Source: Podarcis erhardii
Lineage: Eukaryota
Reading direction: 5' to 3' (one strand)
NCBI GenBank assembly: GCA_964252035.1
Contig: OZ176201.1
Length of the DNA: 64,000 nt
The notes under the pieces are model-generated. The model saw only the letters and a list, made by a program, of their open reading frames with translations. It was not told the origin of the DNA and did not search any database. The first letter of the stretch is position 1. Each line of letters begins with the position of its first letter. A program made the position numbers and the translations under genes. Below are positions 11,901 to 26,900 of this stretch, piece by piece.

Positions 11901-14900
11901 TCCACATTCCCAAGCCCCCTAACCATGGTAACAGATCAAGTGAGAGGCAAGCTAAGCTTCCATTGAGGAAAAAGGGGGCACTCTTATCTAGGAGTGCCCC
12001 CCGCCACATTTAGACCTCCTGGTATCGTTGTTGTTGTTAAATTTCAGAGAGAGGAGCTCTGTGTTGGGAGTGCAGGTTTGAGGAAAGAGTGCCTTTAAGC
12101 ATGTTCAGTATGCCTTCTCTCAAACTTGGAGTGATTGCAGCCAATTCCGGTGCATGTCGCGGGATCTGGGGCAGACACACTTCAGCCGAGCTTAAGACTC
12201 TGCACCCCTTACTTTAAAAATTAAGCGTTGTGGAAGGATGAGGGTGAGTAGGCGGGACAGACCAGCTCCTCTTGCCTGCTCCGCACCACAGGATGTTCCT
12301 TGAGAATCTGACCCTGGAATAAATCCTGGCCCCAGCCCAGGCTTCCGTGACTCACCATTCACGCTGCAGCTGGCTGCTCCGGTTACCAACAACTCCCCCA
12401 GTTTAGATATGGCTGGAGCTGCTCCCAGATCGGGCGGTGGGGGGGGGAGCACTTGATATACACTGCCCCCTTCTTTTTCTCCCCACCTCCCCACCTCCCT
12501 GCTCCCTCACCCATGGCCTCAGCAAACAAGGCATGGAAACATTTCCTGTGGTGAACGCTGCAAAATGGGTGGAAAATCTGTGAGGCCTAGTGTGAGGAGG
12601 TTTCAGGGCTTGAGCCAAGCCAGGTATCGCCAGGGCTTAGATCCGGGAATTGGTCTCATGAAGAAGGCAGGGACTCTGAGCTTGTGCAGAGCGTCTGTTC
12701 CTCCACATTAAGACAGCTACATGATCTGAAATAGAAGGAAGAGTTTCCAAGTCAGACAGTATCAGGTTTTTGGCAGGCCCGAGGCTTGGCATTTCTCGTT
12801 TTAGAAACTCCATTCTGGGGATAGGGTGTGTGCCTGTGTGTTTCTTCTGTCAACCCTAAACAGAGAAAGAAAAGGAACACCATTAATCAAATAATTGCGT
12901 TTTTATACCACCACCTTTCTGCCAAGGCAGCCAACATGGTCCGGCTGGATTGCAGTGAATTATCAGTCAGCACTTCTCTCTACCTCTGTGGAGTTTAATG
13001 CATTAGAATTCAGGTTATGAGAGAACAGAAGAAGAATCAGGCCAAAGGCCTCTCTAGTGCATCTTTCTGCAAGAGAACAGCAGCACTTGTGTGCTTTCTA
13101 GCATATTGCCTCTGGAGGTAATATCGTCACAATGACTAGTAACTATTGATAACCTTATCCTCCAGGGATTTGTTTAATCCCTTTTAAAGCCATCCAAATT
13201 GGTGGCCATCACCACAGCCTGTGAATTCTTTAGTTTATGTTTGTGGTGTGAAGAAGTACCGTACTTCATTTTGTCCGTCCTGAACTTCCAAACATTTGGC
13301 TTCCCTATATTATGAGAGAGGGAGGAAAAACTTCTCCATATCTGCTTACTTCACACCATGCATAATTGTTCACCACTATCACTCAACTTTTCCCCTTCAA
13401 CTAAATAGTCCCAAATCTTATAACATTACCCCTTAGGAGAGTTGCGCCAACCACTTTATTCACTTTTGGCTGTTCTTTTCAGCTAGTATTTATTGGTTTT
13501 ACTTATCTCTGGGGAAGGAGCATTGAATTGAAGTATCAGAATTGGAGTATAACTCCCTTTGCATTTTGCCAGCGAGGAGCAGACTGCCTGAGCAGGATGA
13601 AAATTCCAACTGGGCAAAGATCTGCTTATTGGAGCCAGGAGCACCTAATACTTTCTACCCAATACCACTCCTGTTTGCTCTGTGTTAACTGATTCAGAAT
13701 ATAACTCCCACCCACCCTAAGTGCCATACCTGCTGCCACAAACATGGATTAGAATCCTTACTTTGCCCCTAAGCATGCAGTGAAAATCTGGGAGAATATC
13801 CAACCCTTTCACCAGTTCTTTAGCCACTTTGAGGGTGAGTGCTGCAAGGTGGTTGCAAGGTGATAGATAACATGTTAACTAAACCTTAGTAAAGGCATAG
13901 CCAGGCTGTCACTGTTTTCAGGTGAGATTAAATCACATGCCACCCAAATTCATGTTGCACAAGTATATAGTCGGTAAGGAAGTCTAGCACAGCAAACGTG
14001 TTTCCCCCAAGATCAGACTTTCTGTGATATGGAAAGTGATGGGAAAATTCGGTGGAAAATGTGATAACGCTTTCTTTGATGCAATGTCATTTAACTTTCC
14101 TGCGAACAAATCAGAATGAAAGCTCCTTAATTAGCCAAAGTTGTCTAATCTCACTAAAAAATCAGGATGAAGGCTCAATAAACAGGCCATCTAGAAGCAC
14201 CTTGATCTTGAGATATGATGACCAAGTAATCTCGTTATAGGCATTTGTATCTCTCTTCTCCCTTGAACCTGTTTGTCAGGTTCAGAATTGGCCTTACTCT
14301 GTCTCCTCTCTCTACTCTGGTGGGTATCCTCCTCCCAGGCTCCCAGAAGCTTCTACAATTCCTGTCCCAAACAGGAGTGGAGTTGGATGCTATTAGCAGT
14401 CTGGATGAAATGGAAACAGCTCTTCTTATTACCCCACATTCCATCCTTCCAAAGCTATTGCTGTAAACAGTAAATAATTCAGGACGCTGGTCCCTTTATT
14501 TCATAGTATAAAGCAGGCTTCCTCAACCTCGGCCCTCCAGATGTTTTTGGCCTACAACTTCCATGATCCCTACCTAGCAGGACCAGTGATGATGGGAATT
14601 GTTGACTCAAAACATCTGGAGGGCCGAGGTTGAGGAAGCCTGGTATAAAGGAATAACCTGGCAAAAGCTGCCATGTAATAAGGATTAATGCACAAGACCC
14701 CTTTTTGCAACAGCCATTTATTTGGGTCAACATGCTGATTGTATAGAAAGCTTGTCTGATGAGTAGAAACCGCCATTTGGATTGCCACAGTGAACATGGA
14801 ACTGCCATGTGATGAAGAAAGAAAGTAGCTGTAGCAAGCAGACCAGCTGTGCAGTATCAGTCCTAATAAATGAAATAATAATAAATGTACCAAGTCAGAC

Positions 14901-17900
14901 CATTGGTCCATCTAGCTCAGCATTGTATAAACTGACTGACCGCTCTCCAGGGTTTCAGACAGGTCAGCCCCAACCTAACCTGGAAATGCCAGGAATTGAA
15001 TCTGGTAACTTTACATACAAACCTCTCCTTCACTGGAGGTTTTTAGGCAGAGGTTGGGTGGTCATCTGTCATAGATGCTTTAGTTGAGATTCCTGTTTTG
15101 CAGGAGGGGTTAGACTAGATGACCCTCAGGGTTCCCTTCCGACTCTACGATTTTATGATTCTCCCGCTGATCCATAGCCCTTTCCCAAGCTATTTTGGTA
15201 AAGGACTGTGCAAGCTTTTGAGTTTTGCTGAGCTTTGTCTAGAAGAATAGAAAGGTGACCTGTGTGTGTGTGGTTACTTCTAGCATTACTTTTTCCTTCC
15301 CTGTATTCTGAAGAGGTGTCTAGAGATCGACACAGATGAATAGGCTTTTTAAACCAGAAAATGATCTCTGAGGATGTGACTCAGGTTCATGTCTGTCTGC
15401 CATCCTTTCAGATGGTTTGTGATACATACGAACTGCCTTGCTCAATGAAACCAAGATCCATCTAGCCTGCTCCAAAATTCATTAGGCAGACATGTTAGGC
15501 AGATACATAAATTCTAAAGCCCCTATGAGTTGCTTTCCTTATGTGCATCTTGACCAGAATGTGAAATGCTGGTCTAACACATGGTTCTATAGAGAGAAAA
15601 AGGGTTCTTGCTAAAGCAGATTCTTATAGTAGCCATTTGAAGTTGAGAGTGCTTGAAGTTGCTCTACCTTAAGGTAACTTATCTGGCGGCCTACTCTAAA
15701 CCATGAGATTCAGTGTGTGCAACTTCTGGTCTTTATCAACCTGATAGGAGCTGAGGTCTGTGGAGCATCCTTTGGACCTGGGAAGGCAGGGCTATTCTGA
15801 CATGAAGGTAGAGTAGTCTAGTGGTGAAGGTCCAAACTAGACATGATGTTAAATGCATAGTTGCATTTAAAATACCTAGTTCTTTCTTCTTCATAGCCCA
15901 TGCAGGTGGTGTTCCTTAGTTCATTAACTAGTTTGGTTACCTTAGGGAAGCCACACTTTGTCAGCCACTGCCTGCTAAATCTGCAATGCGACTTGGTGCA
16001 TGGCTTTTGAAACTTGAAGGTTACAATAAACAGCAGGAATGGTTTTGTTTGCTGGATTTCTTTTTGCCCAGTTACTTTTCAAGATACAGGCGTGGGGCCA
16101 GTAAAATCAGGTGGCAATCCTATCAGTCTTCTCAAAGGGGCCACATATAACTATCGTGGTTTATTTCCCAGATGCCCAGGGATGATTCTGTACTGGGCAG
16201 ATGAGGTCACACTAGGCTTTGGTCACGGTATGAACCAGCCAATAATCTGCACTGTAGGGGTGAAGGTTTATGTTTCCCTGAGGTCAACATTCCCCTACAT
16301 TGATGCCGATGCAGCATCTGCTGGTTGACACAACTGCAAAGCAGTGTTAAAGCTGGGAAAGAGGAGAAGGAGTCAATTATGGCAGGAAAAGAGATATGGC
16401 TTCAAGAAGGAAAAGGAGGAGGGCCTTAAAGTGCAACAACAAATTCTGCGGATGCATCTCAGACCCATTTCTGAATCTTGTTGACTGTGTTTGAGTTATC
16501 CAGGAACGTGTATTGCTTCTCTGCTGATTATGACTTATTTGCGGGAGTGCATATCACACCCCTGAGAAGATCAAGGCTGTTGAAGTTTTGAGTGGCTATA
16601 TCAGAGTATTCCCTGCATGAGTTTCTTAAATTGTAGTCTGCTCATTGGGCATTCCCTCCACCTGCAGGTAAGGCTTAAGACAGCTGTTGCTTCCCTTGGG
16701 GTTTGTAATGCGGATGCAAAACCTGTGCTACCCAGAGTCCTTGTTCACATTACAAATACCTTTAATTTGTTTTCACTTCTGTTTGAATGTTAACGGAAAT
16801 AGTGCAAAAGAGGCTCTGGGTGGTGTAATGGTTCGAGTGTTGGAATGTAACCTAGGAAACCAGGGTTTGAATCTCTTTTCAACCATGAAGCTCACTGGGT
16901 GACCTTGGGCCAGTCGCCGTCTCTCAGCCTAACCTACTTCACGGGATTGTTGTGAGGATAAACTGGGGATGAGAACACTTTGGGAGAAAAGGTAATAAGC
17001 AAGCAAGCAAGTTTGTTTTCATGACTGACCAGAGAGAATTCATTACCTCAAACAATGTATTGTGGGCAGGGTGGGGAGCAAATTAGAGGGAAACTTGTAC
17101 CATTTTGGTGGCACCTATGGTATGGGAAAGAAGGAAGGAGCAGGGTCACACAACTTTAGTGAGAGGAAAATTAGCAGATGAAGAACCTACCCATTTGACA
17201 GTGACATAAAAACCCCATACATATGCTATGCAGAAGAAGGAAAATCATTACCCCGCTTCTCTCTCCTCACCTCTTTCATCCCCCCTCAACCTCACAATGC
17301 CTGTGATAGCAATGTCTCCCCCCAAATGTAACTGACCTATAGATAGGACTCTATGAACTGAAAACAGAGATGTTACATGCAGTGCTATTTTCCTAGAAAA
17401 AGAAGTGCCAGAATTCACTATGAACGGCTCCCTTGTTCTTTTGTAATGGCAATGGCATTGGCGCCCACCAGAGAGGTGCCAGAATGGAGTTACGCTAAAT
17501 TCTAGCTGAAAAATAGCTCTGGTTATATGTACCTTTGTTATCCATGAAAATCTTTCAATCAAAACAATTAAAAAAAATATTTAGTGAGGGGATTGGGCCT
17601 GCTGTTTTCTCTTATAATCATTAGGGATAAAGGGCACTTCCAGACCGTTGCTATTTTCAGGTGAGATTCAATTACATACTGGCAAATTCAGGCTGTACAA
17701 TTATAGTTAATTGGGAGGTCTTACACAATCTGCTTCAGCCCCCCAATTTTGCAGTAAGGAAAGTGATGAGGAAATGTACTGTAAAATGTGGGATAACACT
17801 TGCTTTTGACACAACCTCAAGCTTATCCGCATCAGAACAAAATGTGGACCCAATGTTATCCTGGACGTTTCTCCTTTTAAATGCAGAGCTTTTCCTATTC

Positions 17901-20900
17901 TGACTTTACAGTGATTCAGTAAAAACATATTTATATTGTGGGAAGGTCTGGGGGGAAATTGAGATGGTGAGTACCGTATATTGTGTGGATGCCTCTTTAT
18001 TAATGGGGAGACAGTTCAGTATGAATAAACATCTTCCCAAAGTACTTACAGTCTGTGCACATGTATTTGAAATACATCACGCACATCAGATTGGCACGAC
18101 ACTCTACCTATGAGTGTCATTCTGTTGCCTACTCATATGGGCCTTCTGTGCAGGAAATGAAGTGGCCCTCTAAGGGGACTGAAGGGATTATTCACACGGC
18201 CATTGGGTTGTTTTCTTTTGTTTTCCTGCCTGGATCCAGCTGCACTCATGGTAAATGGGTTTTCTGACCTTGATCAGAATCTACACTGCCTCAAACCTTC
18301 AAAAATGGGTTGAATGGGGCACAGGGACACAACTCCACTTGTAGCAAGTTATTCAGATACCATATTTGTGAGGAAATTGGTTTCATTCTGGCAAAAACTC
18401 TCTCTCACTCACTCTCTCTCACACACTCCAGAGTAAAGTGGTTTAATGCAAGCAGAACAATTGTGTAAATTATAACCTGTGACCCACAAGATGTTCTGAC
18501 TACCATAATCCCTGACTATGCCCATCAGGGCAGGGGCTGATGGGGGAGCTGGAGTTCAGCAAGAAGAAGAAGATGATGATTAAATTAAATTTATATACTG
18601 CACTTCATCTGAGAATCACATGGCAGTTTACACTATTTAAAATGATGGGGTGGCTAAAGGATGTCAGAATATGTAATTGACATTACGCAGCCATGAGTCG
18701 GTTCTTTTACTCTTGCTTGGTTGCTTCTACCGATGAAAAAAATATTATTGCCTCTCTAGCCCTATTAGTCATGGTGGAGGGCTGGCTAGCATTTTCTTTT
18801 TAAAAGATGGACACCTGTGGAGTTCCATGGAACTGTGGGGTGTTTGCATCTTATGCGTTCTGTGTCTTTAAAAAGCTTTCCTATTCACATTTGTGATACT
18901 TGGTAGAGCGAGGGCACCTGGTGTGACTCTGAAGCTGACCTTTGTGCGCTGTTGGTGGTAATACTCTGAAGGCACATCTCCCCTGAAACTACAGTTCTCC
19001 TTACTCCTTGCTGCAATAGTAAAAAGCTTGAAACTATTGTTCAATCCATGGTGGTGGTCATGCTGCTATTATTATCAACGGATTACACAGTGCTTTGTAT
19101 GTGCAAAGAATTTTGCAGTCTTCATCTGTTTTGCCTTCTCAACATATTTGCGAGGTGAGTTGCAATTATTCCCAGATGGAAAAAACTGAGGTTTGGGGAC
19201 AGGGGTGGGGTGGGGAAGGAGCGTCTTTGCCAAAGGCTGCTTAGCTGGTCTGTGACTGAGCAGGGATTTGAGCTGGTGTCTTTATTCCTCCTCTCTAGCC
19301 ACTAGACCACACAGGTTTTCTGCCTATTACACTGTGGCTGTGACTTTCAACCTTTCCATATGTAGGAGTGTCAGCAATGGGGTCTTCTCTCAGTTCTTTT
19401 TTTGACTTATTTGATATTCTTCCCTGCTCTATCTGAAATTATAAATCTTTGCTGTTTCCATCTTTCCCCTTCCCACCACCTTATTTTCTCCCTTTCTGCC
19501 CCACTATTTCCTTTTTGTATCTGTGGCCAATGGCGCATTGGTCAGGTCACAAAACTCCACAGCTGAAAATCAGTGTCCTATGAGATCCCATAGATACAGA
19601 GGATATCTATTCTATTCTGAGTTTTCATCCCTCTCTGAGGAGAAAAAGGGCTACTGCTGATTATGCATTTTAATTCATTTAAATGCATGCAAATTTAAAA
19701 TGACACATTGTTTTGCAAGGAGGCAGAGCTGAAAAGAATGGCTTTTTAAAAATCCTTGCTTAGTAACTCCCTAATTCTGTGGGTGGGTTGTCTGGTCTAT
19801 GTAGTGCAATGGATTAAGGATATTCTGATTAAAAGACGGCTGACAATCTTATAGTGAAATTTTGGCATATATGGTGAAGACAGACACAATAGAAAACAAA
19901 GATTTGTGAATTCCTCAGCTGTGGGGGCAAGTCCAGCTTCCACCAGGCTTTACAATTTGAACTACTGTATAAAAGATATATATCAGTATAACAATTGCTG
20001 TTTCAACCATCTATCTCTCCCCCCTTCCATTTATATGTTCATCTGTAATTTCATGCTTAAACATCCTATTTCTGTGATAGTATTTAAATTGATATGTTAA
20101 AAACAATTGTACTAAATCACTATAAAGCAGGCATAGTGAACAGGGGGTGTTTTGTGATATTGTAGGTCAATCAGTACAATCCACAGCTGGATTCTGCTGT
20201 AAAAACTTGCTCCCCTTGAGTTTAGAACTTAATGTGCTGAGCCTGCTTGCAAATTGGTTCCATTGCTGTGCAAATGTTACACCTATAGAACAGTTATTGT
20301 TTCACTTGCTGAAGGTGTGTCCAAAACAGCATAGTCTGCAGCAAAAGAAGAAGGAAAAATGAATTGCAGGTGTAATCCACATCATACCTTTTGATCTATT
20401 TGAATGCCACTTCCTTTTGTTGTTATTGTTGTTTACATATTTATTTATTTTTGTACAGTTGACCTGGGTAGAATGGTAACACTGCCCGCCCCCCCGGTCA
20501 TTTTCCATCCCTCTCTTCTGTGATCAGAGTGTTCTTCTATTTATTTATTTTTAAGAGATGATTGCACCCATTCAGTGCCAGATCCACCTTTTTGCATGTG
20601 TTTGCTTTGGCAAGATGCTCTTCTGAGGCTCCCTTCCAACAGAAATAGGATGTGCAGGAAATGTGGATTTGTACTGGTACACTGAGAGAACACCTTCACT
20701 ACAGACTTAATTAAAGAGATTTAAAAGAAATTCCCTAGGAAGTAAATTTGTGAGTGGGACTAGGAATCTCTACTGGTTAATTCTCAGTAGCATCACTAAA
20801 ATACAGTTCCCAGGATTCTTGGGGGGAAGCCCAAGACGCTTAAAATGCTATACAACTAACATAGGCGCCGACTCCATGGGGCCTGAGGGGGCCTGAGCCC

Positions 20901-23900
20901 CCTCAAAAATTCGTTTGGGGGGGCTCCGCCCCCCCCAATAATTTAAGAAAATTATTAGTTATATTATGCTTTGTAAAATCACAAAATTATGTTGGTATTT
21001 TTTATTTTCCTTGTTTGACGATAGTTACCTTTTAAAATACATTCAGTAATGAGTTAAAACAAAGCCACTCCCGATCTAGAGAGGGGGTGGGGTTGCGGGC
21101 TCTCGACCCATCAACAATCTCGCGGGGCTGGCGTCAGCCCCTCGAGAAGCGGGGATTCCCCCTAGCTCATTAATATTCACCGCCCATGGCGGCAGCCAAT
21201 CGGCTGCCGCTAAGGGCGGGCCCTCACAGGTTCACTTAAGGTCGGGGCAGCCCGGGGCTCGCCCCTTTCGTTCCCCCAGCAGCAGCGGTTTGGAGGTCTT
21301 GGCCCCCCCCAATATTTTTTATAAGTCGGCGCCCCTGACAACTAATAAAATTTTGTAATGTAAATATGTTCTGAGGGACAAAAGGGACATGAAACAGGGC
21401 AGGAGTGGTGGGTTTGGATGCACCCCAAGGAGTTATAAGCCTGCCCCCTTGCTCTCAAGAGGTTGCCTCAAATTGAGTCACACCAATGGTCCATCTGGCC
21501 CAGTATTGTCTGCTGTGACTGGTAATCACTGTCAGGATTTCAGACAAGGAGATTTTCCCAGTCCTGTCTTCTGGGGATTGAAGTTGCCTGTGATGCACAT
21601 GCTGTTCCACTGAGCTGCCTCTCACATTGCTAGGCTTGTCATACCAGTTTTTACCACACACCCTCATACACGGTTTCCCCTGTCCTCACAGCTACTCTTG
21701 CCGTTTGACACATGACCATAGCTCAGTGTAACGGCTCATCCAGACTTCCTTTTGTGTCATGTTTCTAGGCACAGGTTTGCACTTTAAAGCTCAGTGTCTG
21801 AGCTCTAGACCCCCCCCCCTTTTTTTTGCCACGAAACAATTCTGTGGTAAAACCTGAACGGCCATTTGTTCAAATTCAGCGTTAAAGGTAAACGACCCCT
21901 GACAGTTAAGTCCAGTCGCAGACGACTCTGGGGTTGCGGCGCTCATCTCACTTTACAGGCCGAGAGAGCCACCGTTTGTCTGCAGTTAGTTTTTGGCCAG
22001 CATGACTAAGCCGCTTCTAGCACAATGGAACACCAAAACCAGAGCAGCGCATGGAAACACCGTTTACCTTCCCACAGGAGCGGTACCTATTTATTTACTT
22101 GCACTTTTTGGCGTGCTTTTGAACTGCTAGGTTGGTGGGAGCTGGGACCGAGCAATGGGAGCTTACCCCGTCATCGCAGGGATTCGAACCGCCGACCTTC
22201 TGATCGGCAAGCCCAAGAGGCTCAGTGGTTTAGACCACAGCGCCACCCACGTCCCGGTTCAGCGTTACCCGCATCCCGGTTCAGCATTAAAGAGCAAAGA
22301 AAAAAGCACTTTGACACTGACCAGGAGAGCCCAGTGTGAGGCAAAAGATAAATGTGGGTGAGCCCATGGAGAATATGCTGTTTAAACAGAAAGTCCAATT
22401 GCTGGCATCTTCATTTTAAGAGAATTTCAGGCAGCAGAACTTGGAAATGCCCTCCTCTGCCCAAGATCTTGGAGAAGAATCTGCGTCTGAAAGACCTACT
22501 GGACTAGACAGGCCAAAGGTCTGACTCAGGGGCTTCCAGATGGGTCTTTGTTGCAGGGTCAGTGCTGCTCATGCATGCAGTGTGGTGATGGTGAAGTTGG
22601 GGTCTTTTTTGGTAGCATCCACACAATACAAACAACATCAAATGCCAGCCTGTAATCTCCTGCCCTCTAATTTAATATGGATTTGCCCTTTCTGTGGAAA
22701 TTCCAGCAGATTTTTAATAAATCAGTTGCCAGCTACATGTTTCCAACATCTGTTTATAATATTAAGTTCCTGTCTGGAAACACCAACACTCTGTAAGTTC
22801 TGTAAGTGGGTCTCTTTCTGAGGCCTACCGTAATTCTTAGGTTGTCCCTGCAAATATCTAACCCGCTTGTCTGTTTTTCACTGTAATAATGCAAGATATT
22901 CCCTCCACCTCATTAAAATAAACATATCTAATGAGGAAAGTGATGGCATGGTCTTGCCGGCTGTGGGAGGGACCTTATGTTAATCTCTCCACTGTTTTCC
23001 CTGGAGTGAATCTTCAGACTTAGAGTTCCCTTTTTGTATCCTCCTGCTATCCTGGCTCAAGTGTGTGGCCTTGCCATCCATCAGTGCTGGGTTGTGTCTT
23101 CTATCTTCACACCCCCTTTGCCCCATCCAATATGATATAAGAGTCTAGAGCGGGTGGGGAAGAATCTGCTTACCTGAGTTTCTTTTCACTTCTGGGGTAT
23201 AAATGATTTTTTTCTGGCCATATTGCCTTTGGAGCATAGTTTGGGATGAAGCCTTGTCTTGGAGGTTCACACAGAATCATATAATTGGAAGGGACCATGA
23301 GGGCTAGTCCAGCATTGCTGCTGTTCAATTTTAATTGAAATTTGATGAAGATTGTAAAAAATAATAATTATTCTTTGTATTTTTATTTATTTCATGAGCC
23401 ACCCTGGGTTCTCTGGGAAGGACAGAGATTCATCAGATTTCTTAAGGGGTTACTTGGATAGGAACTGGAGTTTCTGGCATGCAACTAGATTGACTGTTGC
23501 CCATGATCATTCATCACTTCTCCTCTCAGAAATGGCCCATGTGCCTGAGGCAGAAAATCCAAATTATTCCCCACCCAGTGGTAAAAAAACAAAACAATGG
23601 ACAATGGACAATTTGCTTTTCTTTTATTGGTATCTTAAAGTCTTCTGCCTGAGGCAAGTTGCCTCATTCTGTCTTATTTATATATGCTGTTTATATATTG
23701 ACATTTCAGGCTGACCTCTCAAAGAATTGTACATAGAATCATAGTATTGTAGAGTTGGAAGGGATCTTGAGGGTCATCTAGTCCAACCCCCTGCAATGCA
23801 GGAATCTCAGTGGAAGCATCCATGACAGATGGACATCCAGGCTCTGCTAAAAACCTCCAAGGAAGGAGAGTCCACAGCCCTCTGAGGGAGTCTGTTCCCC

Positions 23901-26900
23901 TGTCGAACCACTCTTATCGTCAGAAAATAAAATTATTTACAGTGATGAGCATCAACTAAAAATGTATACATACATTAAAACCCAAAAGGCAAAGGACTGC
24001 TTGCCTCAAATAAGCTGTATCTGCTTTTTCTTCCCTCGGGGCAAGATAATGGTGAGTGTTAACATATTTGAGGTAGGGCTGGCCTTTACCACTTCAGCTC
24101 ATGCTGTTTTTATAATTGCTATTTATTTATTTGTTTGTTTACTGTTTTTACAGTGCAATTCTCTACATGTTTACTAAGAAGTAAGACCCATTGAGTTTCA
24201 TGGGACTTAGAGTGGCCATGTGTCCTACTTTATCAAAGCCAGTCCTCTATTTTGAAGACCTCTCTTTAAAGGTGTCTTCTGTTTGAGGGTGCTCGACCAA
24301 GTCTGTTTTACAGATAGAGCCAAAACAAGGGAGAGCAAGGGCCCTGAAGTTGCCCATCAACAGCATCACCTGGTCAGCAGACTCAGAAGCTGAACAGATC
24401 ACCTGGTGTCTTCCTCACTATGGTGAGATGTTCTGAACTCTATTGAAATTTTAGCAATTATTTCAAAATCTGCACCTGTACATAGAAAGAACCATGTGCA
24501 AATTTTATGTAAAATGATGCCCCCTTTTTTTGGTGATGCAAATCATTTTTTTTCGGGACTTCCTCTCAGGTAGGTGTGTATAGGGCTGCAGCCTTGGAGA
24601 CTCAGGATCTCTCACTGTAGCTGTTCAGCCAGAGTCCTTGCACAGCATCTTAAGATACAGGGAGGAAAAGCTTTGCAAAACCAACAAGCCTGTTCCCTCC
24701 TCCCCCTACACCAGTAGCAATTCTCCACGTTGATCTTGTGAATCCCTCCCCGCCCCCCCGCATGGGCGTAGCCAAGGAGGGGTGGGGGACAGCTGTGCCC
24801 CATCAAGTAAATCAGTAAAAAATACTTAACTAACTCAGGTCCCTGCCCCATAAAGCCTGCCCCCTAACATAAATCCTGGCTACACACATGCCTCCCCCTT
24901 CCTTTTTGATATTGGGTGCACACATCTCTTTTCCATGTTCAGTAACAGAAATAAAAGAAGGGGGTGAGAACTCTAAAGGCAATTTCCCTGCTAACCTGGC
25001 AGCAGAAGCCTTGCAGCAAGACTGGCCACCCACCCACACCCACACACACCCACACACACCCACACACCCCTTCTCCATTGTATAGTACTGGATCTGGACA
25101 CTGTTACTCCAGTCTTTAGAATGAAATACATTTCTTTCATGATCTGAGTAGAAACGCCTTATGGTGGCAAGGAGATTAAAGAGCTTTAAGAATATACCAG
25201 TCTGCACAATGTCTTCTTGAGTATGCACCCTTGGCAAACGCTTTCAAGAGGTTGTAGGAAGGAGGAAGATGGAGCATAGCGTGAGAGCTTGAGATAAAAT
25301 AATTATTCTTGATTTCATTACTGTGGAGAAAGGGCGCAATCCACATGGCACTCCTTCTGTATGCCTATGCATTTCCGTGAACTTCCACAGCAGAACCTCC
25401 CAGTGAATTGGGCCCTGCATTAAACTGCAAACCTGCATACTTTGGAGGGGATATGGTTTAGAAAATACGAGTCTGCCTGCCATTAATGCTGCAGTTTCCC
25501 AGAGGCATAAAGTTGACATTTTGTGGTTTTTAAGAATTTTAAGATAAAAATCTCATATCTTAATCATAATGTTTTCAGCAGTCTGGGATTGATGATCTAA
25601 GAGCTGGCTGGATAGCTACATTCGTGTTGCCAGATGTCCCTCGTATTAGATTAATGCCTCTTATTCTTGAATACAGTGGTACCTTGGTTTTTGAACGTCT
25701 CCGTTGACGAACATTTCGGTTTTCAAACGCCGTAAACCCGGGAGTAAATGCTTTGGTTTCTGAACGTGCTTTGGAAGTCGAACCAGAAATGCGGCTTCTG
25801 TATTGAGTTTTCCGTATTAAGTTTTCCATTTTGAGGCTTCCGTACTGAGATTTCAGTTTTTGAACGTTTCAGAACTCAATCGGTCTTCTGGAACGGATTA
25901 TGTTCGAAAACTGAGGTACCACTGTATTATAATCCCCTGGAACAAAATGGAAGTGCCTTAACATTTGTCCAGAAAGTAGCGATAGAATCTCTTGTCACCA
26001 TTCACCTAATGCTCTTGGTTTACTCTTGTATCTTACAAGCTGGAATGGAGGAAAGTGTCCTGTGGAAAGGGGGTGCATTTCCCCTTGGAATCTCCCATCT
26101 CCAATAGAAACCTTGGAGTACTGTTGTTGTCGTTTAGTCGTGTCCGACTCTTTGTGACCGCAGCACGCCAGGCACTCCTGTCTTCCCTGTAGTACTACCT
26201 TCTAAGTTATGGTGCCTTAAACCTTTGTGGGTCAGGCAGTTCCCAGCTTGGAGATGCTTTGATAAGGTGGTGAAAGCACATATTTGAATGGCTGAGGCTC
26301 ATGAAGCTAATGTCAGAGCCATGTCAGAGCAAGCCAAAGGCCCATCTTGTCCAGCACTCTGTTCTTGCAGTGGCCAACCAGATGGCCATGGGAAGCTCAC
26401 AAGCAGAATCTGAGCACATCACCACTCTTCCCACTTGTGGTTCCTAGCAACACAGGTACTCAAAGGCTGTATAGAATCACAAAATTGTAGAGTTGGAAGG
26501 AAGCACGTGGGTCATGTAGTCTAACCTCCTGCAATGTAGGGGTTTTTTTGCCCAACATAGGGCCCAAACCCACAACCCTGAGATTAAGAGTCTCGTGCTG
26601 TACCAACTGAGCATACTGCCTCCAACACTGGCTAGTAGCCACTGATAGCTTTCTCTTCCACAAATTTGTCTAGAGGCAAAGGAACTTCTCTCTGTAAAAT
26701 GTGGAAAATGTATTTAATGGGTCCAGCATCCTGTTCCCACAGTGGCATCCAGATACCTTTGGGAAACCCAGAACCGAGCAGGGCATGAGCCCAAAGCCCT
26801 CTCCTGATGTTGTTCTCCAGCACACTGCCTCCGATACTAGTCTAGTACACAGCTATTGTGGCTACTATCCACGAACAGCTTCAGCCACCAATGAATTTGT

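Noticed and set aside
12565-12623. Possible alternative first coding exon [19 protein letters not shown]|gtatcg
   Set aside because: Ends in phase 2, incompatible with phase-1 exon 2, and the donor is weak.
24830-25237. 135-aa minus-strand ORF with a protein-like start
   Set aside because: TTG start with a stop three codons upstream; runs through a (CACACACC)n repeat and a hAT fragment; no homology recognised.
26550-26617. tRNA-Lys(CTT)-like sequence on the - strand
   Set aside because: Degenerate T-arm and acceptor stem, and fused to a CR1 tail, so it is a SINE head rather than a tRNA gene.
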